64,000 nt of DNA, taken from NCBI GenBank assembly GCA_016927995.1, contig JAFGLO010000004.1:64955-128954 (forward strand). The letters are read 5' to 3'. Numbering within the stretch: position 1 is the first letter of the stretch; each line of letters opens with the position of its first letter. This document shows, one piece after another, positions 48,187 through 58,199 of the stretch. The DNA comes from Candidatus Dojkabacteria bacterium (GTDB lineage: Bacteria > Patescibacteriota > Dojkabacteria > JAFGLO01). The position numbers and the translations under genes are program-made. The notes under the pieces are model-generated. The model saw only the letters and a list, made by a program, of their open reading frames with translations. It did not search any database and was not told where the DNA came from.

Positions 48187-49923
48187 CTATAAATCCACCA
48201 CTTCGTCCTTAATGGCTCTAAAAATGTTTGCCCAAACAGGAACAACGGTATCTGCCGAAAAAGTACTCGTAGTTGGCTCTTCAAGCTTTACAAGCATAAT
48301 AAACTGCGGATTATCGTAAGGGGCAAATCCCACGAAAGTTACGTTAGTCTTTCCTTCTTGATATCCCGGGGCATCAATCCTTGCAATTTGGGCAGTTCCT
48401 GTTTTTCCGGCAATTTTGTATTCGGGAAATTCGTTAAGGTAATATCTGGCATCGCCTTCCGTAACAACAGTTGACATCATTTGTGATACAGAATCAGCCG
48501 TTTCTTTTGATATAGGGGTTGAAACAACTCTAGGTTCAACAATAAGTGTTTCATCCGGTCCGACTATTTTTTCAACAATATAGGGCTGCATTCGCTTGCC
48601 GTCATTTGCAATTGCCGAAATGGCTGAAATAATTTCGATTGGGGTTGCAGTAATCATTTGTCCGTACGAAGCAGTTGCAACGTCAAGTTTTGTCCATTCA
48701 GTGTGGTTAGGATAGAGTCCTGAGACTTCATCACCAAGGCCTATTCCGCTTTTTGTTCCAATTCCGAATTTTACAAGATAGTTATAATATTCCTCAGGAG
48801 TTAGTAACATTCCAATTTGTGCGGCACACACATTGTTTGACTTTTGGAGAACACCGGCAGGGGTTAGGGCTCCATCGGGACGTTTATTCCAAGTGTAGAG
48901 TTTATAGTCGTATACTTCTATATATCCATAATTATCATAACAGATATAGTTCTCATCAATTTTTCCAAGCTCAAGCGCCATTGAGATCGTAAGTGGTTTA
49001 TTAACTGACCCGTATTCATAAGCATCGGATACAGCTCTATTTCTGTAAACTCCGGTGTCTTTTACTTCCCAATATTTATTTGGATCATAGGTTGGATAGC
49101 TTGCCATTGCAATAATTTCCCCTGTTTTGGGATCCATTACAATTGCGACTCCGCCTTTTGATCCGGTTTCGACTACTCCTTGCTTAAGTTCGTCTTCTAC
49201 AATTCGTTGAACCGTTGAATCAATTGTTAGTACAATATCTTTACCGTCACGTGGGCGGATAGGATCGTAATCAGCCTCAAGAATAATATTTCCTAAGATA
49301 TCCCTTTCCGAAAGTGAATAACCCTTTGTGCCTGAAAGTGCACCCCAATAAAATTGTGTAACGCCGTATTGACCCTCATCTTCACCATAATCATTCTTTT
49401 TTACAAACCCAAGAACGTTTGCTGCAAGTTTTCCGTTTGGATAGATACGTCGATACTCCTTTTCAAAATGAATTCCGAAAAGATTTTGTTCTTCGATTGC
49501 TCGTTTTGTTGAGTCGTCGATAAAATGCTTTATCGGATAGTAGTTTGGATTTTTTTCAATATTTGCTGAAAGTTCTTCATATGAAAATCCAAGTGTATCC
49601 GAAATAATTTTTAGAACGGTATCTTTTTGCTCTATAAATGTTTTCTTGTCATAACTTGAACTTCCTATCGAAAAATATAAAAACCATACAGGTTCATCTA
49701 TAGAAAGGACTGTGCCGTCCGATGAGTAGATTATTCCCCGTTGTGAAACAATGGTTTCTTGTGCGCTAGTAAGGTTTTCCGCAGCCGTTCTGTATCGTTC
49801 ATGAAAAACAATCTGCCATTTATACATTTGATAGACGATAAGTCCGATAAATATGGAAAAACCTAGGAATACCCAGATTAATCTTGGGAGCATATCGGAC
49901 TCGGAATTACGACGTACATTCAT
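48187..49923 (-). CDS. ftsI: Class B penicillin-binding protein FtsI-like
   Basis: RGIIY, RIYP, GSVNK, KSNN, AGKTGTAQ; dcw context. Confidence 0.88.
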   Translation of the reverse strand: MNVRRNSESDMLPRLIWVFLGFSIFIGLIVYQMYKWQIVFHERYRTAAENLTSAQETIVSQRGIIYSSDGTVLSIDEPVWFLYFSIGSSSYDKKTFIEQKDTVLKIISDTLGFSYEELSANIEKNPNYYPIKHFIDDSTKRAIEEQNLFGIHFEKEYRRIYPNGKLAANVLGFVKKNDYGEDEGQYGVTQFYWGALSGTKGYSLSERDILGNIILEADYDPIRPRDGKDIVLTIDSTVQRIVEDELKQGVVETGSKGGVAIVMDPKTGEIIAMASYPTYDPNKYWEVKDTGVYRNRAVSDAYEYGSVNKPLTISMALELGKIDENYICYDNYGYIEVYDYKLYTWNKRPDGALTPAGVLQKSNNVCAAQIGMLLTPEEYYNYLVKFGIGTKSGIGLGDEVSGLYPNHTEWTKLDVATASYGQMITATPIEIISAISAIANDGKRMQPYIVEKIVGPDETLIVEPRVVSTPISKETADSVSQMMSTVVTEGDARYYLNEFPEYKIAGKTGTAQIARIDAPGYQEGKTNVTFVGFAPYDNPQFIMLVKLEEPTTSTFSADTVVPVWANIFRAIKDEVVDL

Positions 49924-49924
49924 T

Positions 49925-50254
49925 TTACTTAACCTGTGCCAAATTTCCTACTGGAAGGTATATTACCGTTTCAGGTGTTTTCATTTCAAGCTCTGTTTCT
50001 GCCTGAATGCGAATAAGTTCAGTGGAATTATAGTGTGCAAGATCATTTAAAACAGTTGCCGAGCTATCTGTGATTTTTTCAACTTCCTCTTCAATTTGTC
50101 TTAGTTCACTGCCGATTGGTAATAGTTGCGTCGAGGAATAAAGTTTGACTGTTATATAACTTAACACAGATATGAGTCCAATCAAAAAACAGATTGTAAG
50201 AGATGAAAGCCTTGGAATTTTGATGAATGATTGTCTGTTTTTGGGCAGTGTCAC
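49925..50254 (-). CDS. FtsL-like cell division protein
   Basis: TM plus coiled coil, located between rsmH and ftsI. Confidence 0.65.
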   Translation of the reverse strand: MTLPKNRQSFIKIPRLSSLTICFLIGLISVLSYITVKLYSSTQLLPIGSELRQIEEEVEKITDSSATVLNDLAHYNSTELIRIQAETELEMKTPETVIYLPVGNLAQVK

Positions 50255-50270
50255 GGCAGTGTTTGTTATG

Positions 50271-51215
50271 TTATGTAGATTTTTCTATTACAAAAAGCTT
50301 GGCGCTTCTAGAGCGTTTATTTTCCAATACTTCTTCTTCTTCTGGGGTAAGAGGGACTGGGGTAAGAAGCGAAAGGCTGTCGAAGTTTTCATTAATGAAA
50401 CTTTCAACAACACCGGCTTCGAGTGAGTGGTATGCAAGAATGACTAGTCGTCCCTTGTGAGAAAGTAAGGAAAATGCCTCCGGAAGCGCTGCTTTTAGGT
50501 TGTTAATTTCGTCGTTGACGGCAATTCTTAATGCCTGAAAAACCCGTCTTGCCGGGTGTTTTCTTCCTCTGTCGTAGTTTTCCGGCACTCCCTTGTAGAT
50601 TGCCTTTACAAGCTCGTGCGTGGTTGTAAGCTCTTCTGCTTTTCTGGCTTTTATTATTTCTCTGGCAATTGATTTGCTATAACGTTCTTGTCCGTATACT
50701 GTAAAGAGTTTGGTTAGTTCGGACTCTGATAGAGCATGTAAAAGATCAAAGGCGTTTACTAATAGGTCTTTATCCATTCGCATATCGAGCTTGCTGCTTC
50801 CGTAAAAGCTAAAGCCACGATTTTTCTGGGCGAGCTGTCTACTACTAAGTCCAAGATCAAATAAGACTCCGTTTATAGATTCAATGTTGTGTTTATTTAA
50901 AATCTTTTTCATGGATTTAAAGTTGGCCTTTTCAATTATCCAGTTGTCAAGTTTGGCTAATGGGTTATTTGTTTTTACGAACTCTATACTTTCGGTATCG
51001 TGATCTAGGCTTACAAGCTTACCTGAGCCTAGTGCCTTAAGGATTTCAGTGCTATGTCCGCCATCACCTAATGTTGCATCAACGTAGTTCCCTTCAGGAA
51101 CAATATTAAGGTACTCAATAACTTTCTCTAAAAGTACCGGTTTATGTACTGGTGCCTTATTCATTTCTGTTTTGGTTTGTAAGTTTTTGTGCAATTTCTT
51201 CACCATGTGTGTCAA
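50271..51215 (-). CDS. rsmH: 16S rRNA m4C1402 methyltransferase
   Basis: HKPVLL, DATLGDGGH, DLGLSS, FQALRIAVN, YHSLE; true start may be a few codons downstream. Confidence 0.96.
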   Translation of the reverse strand: MTHMVKKLHKNLQTKTEMNKAPVHKPVLLEKVIEYLNIVPEGNYVDATLGDGGHSTEILKALGSGKLVSLDHDTESIEFVKTNNPLAKLDNWIIEKANFKSMKKILNKHNIESINGVLFDLGLSSRQLAQKNRGFSFYGSSKLDMRMDKDLLVNAFDLLHALSESELTKLFTVYGQERYSKSIAREIIKARKAEELTTTHELVKAIYKGVPENYDRGRKHPARRVFQALRIAVNDEINNLKAALPEAFSLLSHKGRLVILAYHSLEAGVVESFINENFDSLSLLTPVPLTPEEEEVLENKRSRSAKLFVIEKST

Positions 51216-51594
51216 GATAAGAAAGTCGTTTCTGCCAGCTTTCCGTGCTCCAGACTTCTATCCAGTTAAGAAGTCCGACAAAGACTACCTCTTTTTGTAT
51301 TTGTGCATATTTAAAGAGATTGTCCGGGATCACAAATCGACCCTGAGTATCGGGTAATATTTCTTTTGCGCCACCAACCAAGATTCTGGCAGTATCCCTG
51401 ACAAAATTATTAATTATTGAGCCGTTTGTGATTTCGCTTGTTATCTTTTCAAAGCGATCCTTGTTAACGAGCACTAAAGAATTTTCGTACCCACGAGTTA
51501 TATATAACTTACCTTTTAGCTCTTTTCGTAGATCATACGGAATTGCTATGCGTTTTTTTTCTCCAACCTTTTGCATGAATTCACCTATTAGCAT
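51157..51594 (-). CDS. mraZ: Transcriptional regulator MraZ
   Basis: MLIGEF, KRIAIP, DTQGRFVIP, IEVWS. Confidence 0.93.
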   Translation of the reverse strand: MLIGEFMQKVGEKKRIAIPYDLRKELKGKLYITRGYENSLVLVNKDRFEKITSEITNGSIINNFVRDTARILVGGAKEILPDTQGRFVIPDNLFKYAQIQKEVVFVGLLNWIEVWSTESWQKRLSYLDTHGEEIAQKLTNQNRNE

Positions 51595-51648
51595 TGTAAA
51601 ACCTGTTTATTTAAATTCATTATTCGGATTTGTTTCCAAGGTGGTAAC

Positions 51649-51704
51649 CCCACATATCACCACTAGTCACCACCAATATAGCATGCTGAAAACGGGCTTG
51701 TCAA
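51649..51704 (-). promoter_or_regulatory. dcw promoter with MraZ boxes
   Basis: TTGACA-N18-TATATT with TG extension, then three GTGG(T/G) repeats at 10-bp period. Confidence 0.8.
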
Positions 51705-51722
51705 ATGGTTGAATCATCTTTC

Positions 51723-51944
51723 GTAGGGACAGGTCTAGACCCGCACCTCCAGTTCGGGAAATTGCCAGTGGATAACCATTCTAAGAGACCGATCTTTGCA
51801 TACACCTACACGCATTGGAAAATATATTGACCAGCTCGTTATTTGTTAGCAGGGGTGTGGGTGTAAGACCGTCACGGGGTTATTAGAGTCATGATCTTTT
51901 CGTTATTTGAATGTTGCGGCATGTCGGTCTAGACCTGTCCCTAC
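51723..51944. mobile_element. Non-autonomous REPIN-like element with RAYT-type ends
   Basis: GTAGGGACAGGTCTAGACC...GGTCTAGACCTGTCCCTAC, same ends as the RAYT locus, ~185-bp interior. Confidence 0.85.
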
Positions 51945-51946
51945 TA

Positions 51947-52016
51947 CGATATTTATCGATACTTACCGATATTTACCGGTATTTACCGGTATTTATCGAT
52001 ACTTACCGATACTTAC
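51947..52016. repeat. 10-bp tandem repeat, about 7 units
   Basis: A(T/C)TTA(T/C)CG(A/G)T units just upstream of TATAAT at 52021. Confidence 0.9.
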
Positions 52017-52061
52017 AGTGTATAATACTGTAACCTGCATAATCTATATAAATAACGCAAG

Positions 52062-52625
52062 GTGAACGAATCAAAGTTGGTACAAACAGCACAAAACGGA
52101 GATAGCACCGCAATGCAGGCCTTATACGAAGAAAGCGTTAGTTGTATATACCGCTTTGTATACTCGTTCTCATTAGGAAAAGAAGTTACCGATGATATTG
52201 TCGCAGAAAGCTTTACAAAAGCGTTTGAAAAACTTAAACAATTTAGGGGAAAAAGCTCTTTTAAAACATGGGTGTATAAAATTGCAAGAAATGAAGTATA
52301 CACATATTTCAACAAAAAAAGAGGGACCATTCCGATGGATGAAGAAAAAATAGAGCAAGTGGCTGATCGCATTGGTAATGATATTTTGCAGAGTCATGAA
52401 AATGATCGACATACCAATAATGACAATAAGAACGAGCGACTTGTAAGGAAAATACTAAATCAGTTGCCTGCCAGGCAGGCAGAAGTTCTAAGATTGCGGT
52501 TTATTTTGGGGTATACCGTAAAAGAGTGTGCACTGGAGTTAAAAATTTCCGAAGGCAATGTAAAGGTGATTCAGAATAGGGCATTGGGAAAAGCTAATAA
52601 GTTGGTGAATAAAGAAAATGGATAA
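52062..52625 (+). CDS. ECF RNA polymerase sigma factor
   Basis: AQNGD..AMQALY, FRGKSSFKTWVYKIARN, region 4 LKISEGNVKVIQNRA. Confidence 0.92.
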   Translation: MNESKLVQTAQNGDSTAMQALYEESVSCIYRFVYSFSLGKEVTDDIVAESFTKAFEKLKQFRGKSSFKTWVYKIARNEVYTYFNKKRGTIPMDEEKIEQVADRIGNDILQSHENDRHTNNDNKNERLVRKILNQLPARQAEVLRLRFILGYTVKECALELKISEGNVKVIQNRALGKANKLVNKENG

Positions 52626-53232
52626 CATAAAGAGTGTGTTTAAACAATACAATAATTCAGTTAAACCGGATGATAGTACTGTTATGCGTATTTGGAACAG
52701 GATTAGCAGTAACCTTGATCAAATGTCTCAACGTGAACCTAAGGTTAATCCAAAGCAACTGATAAAATCCAAATCGTGGGCAAGATTTGTTTTGGGCTTT
52801 GCTAAAAATCTTTTAATAGGCGGTGCATTTGTTCCACTGTCCTTGGTGATTGGCTTTTTAACGTTTAATACCTTCGAGGTAATTTCTCGACATGTTCTAC
52901 CCGGGGGAAATCTTGGCCTTAATCAGTTAGAATCTTCTGAAAATCTTTATGAAGAGGCGTTTAGCACAGAAGAAAAAAGGCTTAAAGAGAGTTCAGATAT
53001 CGGTGAGTTGAATGCCATAGACTTTGCGTCTCCTCCAACTTCCATCGTGGATGACGAACATATAAGTGCCAAAGAAACAAATACCCGTGAAATCTTGGAC
53101 AAAACCGAGACGCATAATGCTAAGGATGGTTATGTAAGAGCAATAATATATTTTGGAACTGGACTTATGGTAATAACAATCGGCTGGGGATTATATGGAG
53201 TTATAAGGCTTATAAGAAGTAGGATTGATTAA
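52618..53232 (+). CDS. Putative membrane anti-sigma factor
   Basis: Overlaps the sigma gene stop; RIWNRI N-terminus, two TM segments. Confidence 0.6.
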   Translation: MDNIKSVFKQYNNSVKPDDSTVMRIWNRISSNLDQMSQREPKVNPKQLIKSKSWARFVLGFAKNLLIGGAFVPLSLVIGFLTFNTFEVISRHVLPGGNLGLNQLESSENLYEEAFSTEEKRLKESSDIGELNAIDFASPPTSIVDDEHISAKETNTREILDKTETHNAKDGYVRAIIYFGTGLMVITIGWGLYGVIRLIRSRID

Positions 53233-53489
53233 ACAACATTAATCTGAAGTTTGCCTCGTTTGTATCCGGTTAACTTTTTGAAAGAAACCGTTCCTTCCTT
53301 TGTAGCATAGATGGTGAAATCTTTACCCATTTTGGTATTTTCGCCGGGATACATTTTGGTGCCAAGCTGGCGAATAATGATAACTCCGGGCTTAACACTC
53401 TGTCCTTCGTTTACTTTTAGACCACGTCTTTTACCTGCAACATTTACACCTTGTCTTGCTTTAGACGAGCCTGCCGCAACATGTGCCAT
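53229..53489 (-). CDS. rpmA: 50S ribosomal protein L27
   Basis: MAH, KRRGLK, GQSVKPGVIIIRQLGTK, GKDFTIYA. Confidence 0.95.
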   Translation of the reverse strand: MAHVAAGSSKARQGVNVAGKRRGLKVNEGQSVKPGVIIIRQLGTKMYPGENTKMGKDFTIYATKEGTVSFKKLTGYKRGKLQINVV

Positions 53490-53571
53490 GACTTTTTATC
53501 TCTGTAAGTTAATGCATTATAAATGCGGAGCTATTTTAATATATGTACACGACTTAGTCAATGATATTTGG

Positions 53572-53880
53572 TTATTCGCCTAAATCGACTAATCCTTGGG
53601 GGGCATCTTCATCTTCCGGGAGAATTGGGCCAAATTCCTCTTCCTCTTCATTGGTTACGATATCCGGTTCGACCGGTCTTGCTACTGCATTACCGTCAAT
53701 CACGCTTACAACTCTCATAAGTTCGCCACAAAAGGGGCACTTGATTGTTTTTTCAATTTCCTCACCGCAGTTTGGACATTGGAGAACAATGATTTGATGA
53801 TTGCAGTTGCCATGAGTGTTTTCTTCACCCTCTATTACTAGCCCGGTATCTGTTATTATTCTTTTGGTTTTACTGGACAT
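53572..53880 (-). CDS. Small acidic zinc-ribbon protein
   Basis: CPNCG...CPFCG; probable start MSSKTK. Confidence 0.6.
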   Translation of the reverse strand: MSSKTKRIITDTGLVIEGEENTHGNCNHQIIVLQCPNCGEEIEKTIKCPFCGELMRVVSVIDGNAVARPVEPDIVTNEEEEEFGPILPEDEDAPQGLVDLGE

Positions 53881-53952
53881 TATAATGCAATCGGTTATGT
53901 AAATATTTATTAGTATACATGCCGGAGAGAGATTGTCAAATGGTAGTAAGTA

Positions 53953-54075
53953 GTAGGGATATGTCAATGACTTGTCCAGTAGTAAAGTAATACTCCGGAA
54001 CATAGGAATCAACGGAAGCTTGCGCAGTAAAGCAGTGAAGTAATCCTCTCCGGAACATAGGAATCGATGGAGTAT
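53953..54075 (+). repeat. REP variant fused to two internally deleted composite-repeat units
   Basis: GTAGGGATATGTCAATGACTTGTCC then CTCCGGAACATAGGAATC twice with 8-mers. Confidence 0.8.
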
Positions 54076-54101
54076 TAAATCGTAAAAAAGTGAGCAAGTG
54101 C

Positions 54102-54773
54102 TTACTCCGACAAAACAACAACGGTAAATTCACCCTTTAAAGGAATTTCATTTCCCAAAAGCTGTGCTATCTCTGTAGCCTTTTTTGTGACAATCTGCTC
54201 ATGGATTTTGGTAAGCTCACGAGCAATACAGACGGAAGCTATCGGATATTTTTGTGCAATATAATCAAGGACGGATTTTATCCTTCTTGGCGATTCAAAA
54301 AATAAGAATGTTTCCTTGCGTGCAATATATTTATCGAGTACTTTGTGAAACTTTACGGTTTTAGGTAGAAATCCTATGAAGGTAAAAGGATAAGGAGGAA
54401 GTCCGCTTGCAGTAAGTGCTGTGGTGATTGCCGATGCACCAGGAATGGATACAACGTTATGTTCTGTAGTCTCTTTTATTTTGCGGACCACGGTAAAGCC
54501 AGGGTCGGATATAATAGGTGTCCCGCTTTCCGATACGATTGCCAGATTTTTACCATCGTTAAGTAGTTTTATAATACCTTCGGCTGATTCTGTTTCATTA
54601 TGGTTTTCGTGAACCATTAATCTTTTTTTAATGCCGTATTTTCCTAAAAGTTTAAGAGTTGTGCGTGTGTCCTCGCATAAAATAACATCGACTGCCTTTA
54701 GGGTATCCAGCGCCCGCAGTGTAATGTCTTTTAGATTGCCAATTGGTGTTGCGACAAGGTAAAGTGTTGCCAT
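54102..54773 (-). CDS. rsmI: 16S rRNA C1402 2'-O-methyltransferase
   Basis: LYLVATPIGNLKDITLRA, CEDTR, GTPIISDPG, ARELTKIHE. Confidence 0.96.
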   Translation of the reverse strand: MATLYLVATPIGNLKDITLRALDTLKAVDVILCEDTRTTLKLLGKYGIKKRLMVHENHNETESAEGIIKLLNDGKNLAIVSESGTPIISDPGFTVVRKIKETTEHNVVSIPGASAITTALTASGLPPYPFTFIGFLPKTVKFHKVLDKYIARKETFLFFESPRRIKSVLDYIAQKYPIASVCIARELTKIHEQIVTKKATEIAQLLGNEIPLKGEFTVVVLSE

Positions 54774-54925
54774 ATAATCAGTATACAGTAATCAGTGGAA
54801 TAGTGAAATAGTGAAGCAGGAGAGATAGGTCTATGATTTGTTTATAAGTAGTAAGCAGTAAAACAATGAGTAAGAAAAGTGTGTTATAATATATATGCAT
54901 AATCTGTAAAATATCAACAGATCCT

Positions 54926-55777
54926 ATGGGGCAGCTAGAAATCATAACAAATTATCCTATTACTTATGGGCGTGATAAATTGCCATTATATTTAGATCAG
55001 GTTTGCCGGTATAATCCTGAAGTGTTTTGCAATACAACATCTGGTCATCAATTATTGTTTCGAGTTCCTAAATTTAATCTTTTTTCTTGGACCTCTTCAC
55101 TTTTTGGGTGTCCGTCGCTTAGCTCAAATTTAAAATCAACCGTTGTGGATCTGGAGGTTTGGCTGGTTGATGGCGACAAGCTCTACTACAAACCGGTTTG
55201 TAATAATACTCTTCCTAATGAAGGATGGAGCAATGATTTGGGGGAGTACTCGGGATTTGGGCTTTTAGTTTATTGCAATGGAGAGAAAAGGGTAGATTTT
55301 GTAATTGAAAGGGATTTGGGGAATCTAGAAAGATTTGATCCCAAGAGTAAAGAGGCAAGATCAATTTGTAGCAGCTTGTTTGACTTAACTGTTTTAAAAT
55401 TTGAGGATTTTAAGTTAATTGATTTCTTCACTCCGGAAGGTTCTATTCGTTGTGGTCTTTATAAGGGTAGATTATATGAGGGAGTAAGAACGGAGTATGA
55501 ATTGGGTGAAAGGTTAGCTGCGGAGCTAGAAGCAAAAATGAGATTAGCTTATAGGAAGATAATGGCTCTGGATACCGGTTTAGCAATGATTGATGTTCTG
55601 TCGGGGTTGATTAATGACCAAATAAAAGAGAGCTTTCCGGGAATTTCAATTGAGGGGTATCGTTCAGCATTTGATGATAGCCGTGCTACCCCACTAACTC
55701 CACGAAATCAAGGAGAATTACTACCAGAACCATCTTCCGGTATAATCCGGCATTCACCTGAATCGCGTCCCAACTAA
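54926..55777 (+). CDS. Hypothetical protein
   Basis: 283-aa ORF, TATAAT upstream, no motif. Confidence 0.55.
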   Translation: MGQLEIITNYPITYGRDKLPLYLDQVCRYNPEVFCNTTSGHQLLFRVPKFNLFSWTSSLFGCPSLSSNLKSTVVDLEVWLVDGDKLYYKPVCNNTLPNEGWSNDLGEYSGFGLLVYCNGEKRVDFVIERDLGNLERFDPKSKEARSICSSLFDLTVLKFEDFKLIDFFTPEGSIRCGLYKGRLYEGVRTEYELGERLAAELEAKMRLAYRKIMALDTGLAMIDVLSGLINDQIKESFPGISIEGYRSAFDDSRATPLTPRNQGELLPEPSSGIIRHSPESRPN

Positions 55778-55861
55778 AACATCTAAGCAGGTTTCTGTGG
55801 AGGAAGTAGGAGCCAGTAAACCCGACACGTACGTTAATGACTGGTGTGTTATACTTATTCC

Positions 55862-56437
55862 ATGAACATACTTACGATCTCAACAACAAATGCAATATTT
55901 CTTGGTTTCTATCATGATACCGTCCAATTGACGGCATATCTTGACCAAAACCCTTCAAATATTGCCGAAGATATAGATGAAATCTATAAAAGTGTTATCG
56001 GCACTGAGATACCTGAGCTTATTATAGTTGATTTGGGGCCCGGTTCCTTTACCGGTTCACGTGTTGGTGTTGCATTTGCCAAGGGATTGGCCTTGGCGTT
56101 TAATATTCCTGTTGTAGGTGTGTCGTTATTATCGGCAATTTGTTACCAGAAATATTTGACTTCCGGTAAGTCTTCCGACATGTATTCCGCACAAATTGAT
56201 GCAAACAACGGAAATGTTTATACATTAGATTTAAACCTACCTTCCGATAATCTTTTAGAATCTCAACTTTCGATAGGGTTCAAAAAATCATCAAAGTTCG
56301 ATGAGATTAATGATGCTGTATTTGATGCCATGACAAAGCTTGGACTGCAAATATATTCAACCGGACGTTCCTCCGACGTTTTAACGCTTGCGCCTATTTA
56401 CGGTCGACCCGTTAATATTACTCCTCCTAAAAAGTGA
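55862..56437 (+). CDS. tsaB: tRNA threonylcarbamoyladenosine biosynthesis protein TsaB
   Basis: GPGSFTGSRVG..AKGLA, LAPIY. Confidence 0.9.
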   Translation: MNILTISTTNAIFLGFYHDTVQLTAYLDQNPSNIAEDIDEIYKSVIGTEIPELIIVDLGPGSFTGSRVGVAFAKGLALAFNIPVVGVSLLSAICYQKYLTSGKSSDMYSAQIDANNGNVYTLDLNLPSDNLLESQLSIGFKKSSKFDEINDAVFDAMTKLGLQIYSTGRSSDVLTLAPIYGRPVNITPPKK

Positions 56438-57675
56438 AGGTTGCACTTGTAACCGATTCAATTACCCAGTTTGGTGGGGCACATAGGTTTCTGGTGTCGC
56501 TTTGCAAGCTTTTTCCTAAATCCGATATTTTTACTGCAATTTATGATAAAAGGGTTGATATTAACAAGGAGCTTTCGGGGCACAAGATATTTTCGTCGTT
56601 TTTGGGGCATCCGTTTCTTCGCCCGATTTTTAAGAATCATTATACTATCCTGTCTCCTCTTGCTTTTGAAAGCTTTGATTTTTCAAAGTATAATCTTGTT
56701 ATCTCTATTACTGCGGGTGCTGCAAAAGGCATTATTACTCCTGTCTCTTGTAAGCATGTTAACATTATTCTCACACCTGTTCGTTACTATTGGAAGCTGG
56801 ACAATCCTGACTTTTATACAAAAAACATAGGAATTCGCAAACTTTTTAAACCGATATTTGCTTTTACGGATGCCTATGTTAGGCAGTGGGATTTTGCTGC
56901 GGCAAAAAGACCCGATGTTAATATTTCGATTTCTAGCTATATTTCAACTATCTCTGAAAAGATTTACGGTATTAAATCAGATATTTTAGCTCCGCCCGTT
57001 GAGCTAAACGTTAAACCGGACACTACTTCTGCCAATAAGCTAATTGCAGAATTATCAATTAATAATCAACAGCCTATTAATGACTTTTACATTATTGTTA
57101 CAAGGCTTTATCCTTATAAGCGGGCCGACTTGGCTATTTTGGCTTTTAAGAGATTGCGTAAGCACCTGTTAATTGTAGGGTCGGGTCCGGAAGAAAAATC
57201 GCTTAAGAAACTTGCCGGCAATTCTAAGTTCATTCATTTTCTACAGTTTTTGCCCGATGGTGTTATGTATGCACTTGTTAAGGCTGCCAAGGGGTTTATA
57301 CATTGTGGAATTGAGGATTTTGGGATTGCCATGGTCGAGAGTATTTTCTTAAGTACGCCTGTTATTGCGTATGACCTTGGCGGAGCTTCTGATATTGTTA
57401 AGAAAGGTGTTTCCGGTATGCTTTTTAAATCTGCTAGTGCGTTGTGTGTTAAGCGGACTGTTGAAGAATTTGAGGGGTCAGCACTTTTTAAGTCTGGAGT
57501 TTCTGCTAAGGTTGTTGCTGAGTATAAGGACAGATATTCTCTTAAAACTTTTAAAGAAGGTTTGGAAAAGCAGGCTGGTATTAAGGTTCCAATGACTGCT
57601 GCCGCTGACAAAATTGCTCTTGTAAGGGATGATCAGGGTTTTGTGGGGAGGAGCTTAAGGGGGGAAGGGGATTGA
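56434..57675 (+). CDS. Glycosyltransferase family 4
   Basis: MKVALV..QFGGA, RLYPYKRADL, EDFGIAMVE. Confidence 0.9.
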   Translation: MKVALVTDSITQFGGAHRFLVSLCKLFPKSDIFTAIYDKRVDINKELSGHKIFSSFLGHPFLRPIFKNHYTILSPLAFESFDFSKYNLVISITAGAAKGIITPVSCKHVNIILTPVRYYWKLDNPDFYTKNIGIRKLFKPIFAFTDAYVRQWDFAAAKRPDVNISISSYISTISEKIYGIKSDILAPPVELNVKPDTTSANKLIAELSINNQQPINDFYIIVTRLYPYKRADLAILAFKRLRKHLLIVGSGPEEKSLKKLAGNSKFIHFLQFLPDGVMYALVKAAKGFIHCGIEDFGIAMVESIFLSTPVIAYDLGGASDIVKKGVSGMLFKSASALCVKRTVEEFEGSALFKSGVSAKVVAEYKDRYSLKTFKEGLEKQAGIKVPMTAAADKIALVRDDQGFVGRSLRGEGD

Positions 57676-57712
57676 CACGAGACGTTTCCCGGTGTTAAGG
57701 TTTTGTAGAAGT

Positions 57713-58141
57713 TTATTTATATACAAATTCAATTCCCACATCTTTCGCCCTTTGCCTCTTAAATTCCCAAAACCTATCAGACTTCTTTGACGTAATAAGC
57801 ACGTCCGGCATTAGTTTCCTTAAAAGATCCAAATGCTGCTTATTCCCCACCTTGGGATCTTTCGAAATAGTAACAGGATTAACAAACACCAAATCAATAT
57901 CCCGTAAAGCACTTAAAACCTCTTTTCTTAAACCTTCTTTAAATATAGGCCTACTTGGGCCCTTACACTCGCTAACCGAAACATCGTTATCAATACATAC
58001 GACTAAAAAGTCGCAATGCTTTTTAGCAAACGCAAAAAGCCTAACGTGCCCAATGTGCAAAACATCAAAAATACCGGAAATAAAGCCAACCTTTTTGCCG
58101 GCGGCTTTTGCCTTTTTAATAGAAGCAACTACATCATTCAT
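57713..58141 (-). CDS. Cytidylyltransferase family protein (RfaE2/TagD-like), possibly C-terminally clipped
   Basis: GIFDVLHIGH, KGPSRPI, IDLV. Confidence 0.85.
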   Translation of the reverse strand: MNDVVASIKKAKAAGKKVGFISGIFDVLHIGHVRLFAFAKKHCDFLVVCIDNDVSVSECKGPSRPIFKEGLRKEVLSALRDIDLVFVNPVTISKDPKVGNKQHLDLLRKLMPDVLITSKKSDRFWEFKRQRAKDVGIEFVYK

Positions 58142-58199
58142 ATACAGAATGTTATCATACAATAAGGATTGCCAAAAGAGACCTAACTTGCTAGACTAA

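Noticed and set aside
57695-57715. Stop-codon readthrough in the cytidylyltransferase (TAA then TSTKP)
   Set aside because: Only five further codons follow; simple truncation is as likely and there is no other sign of recoding.
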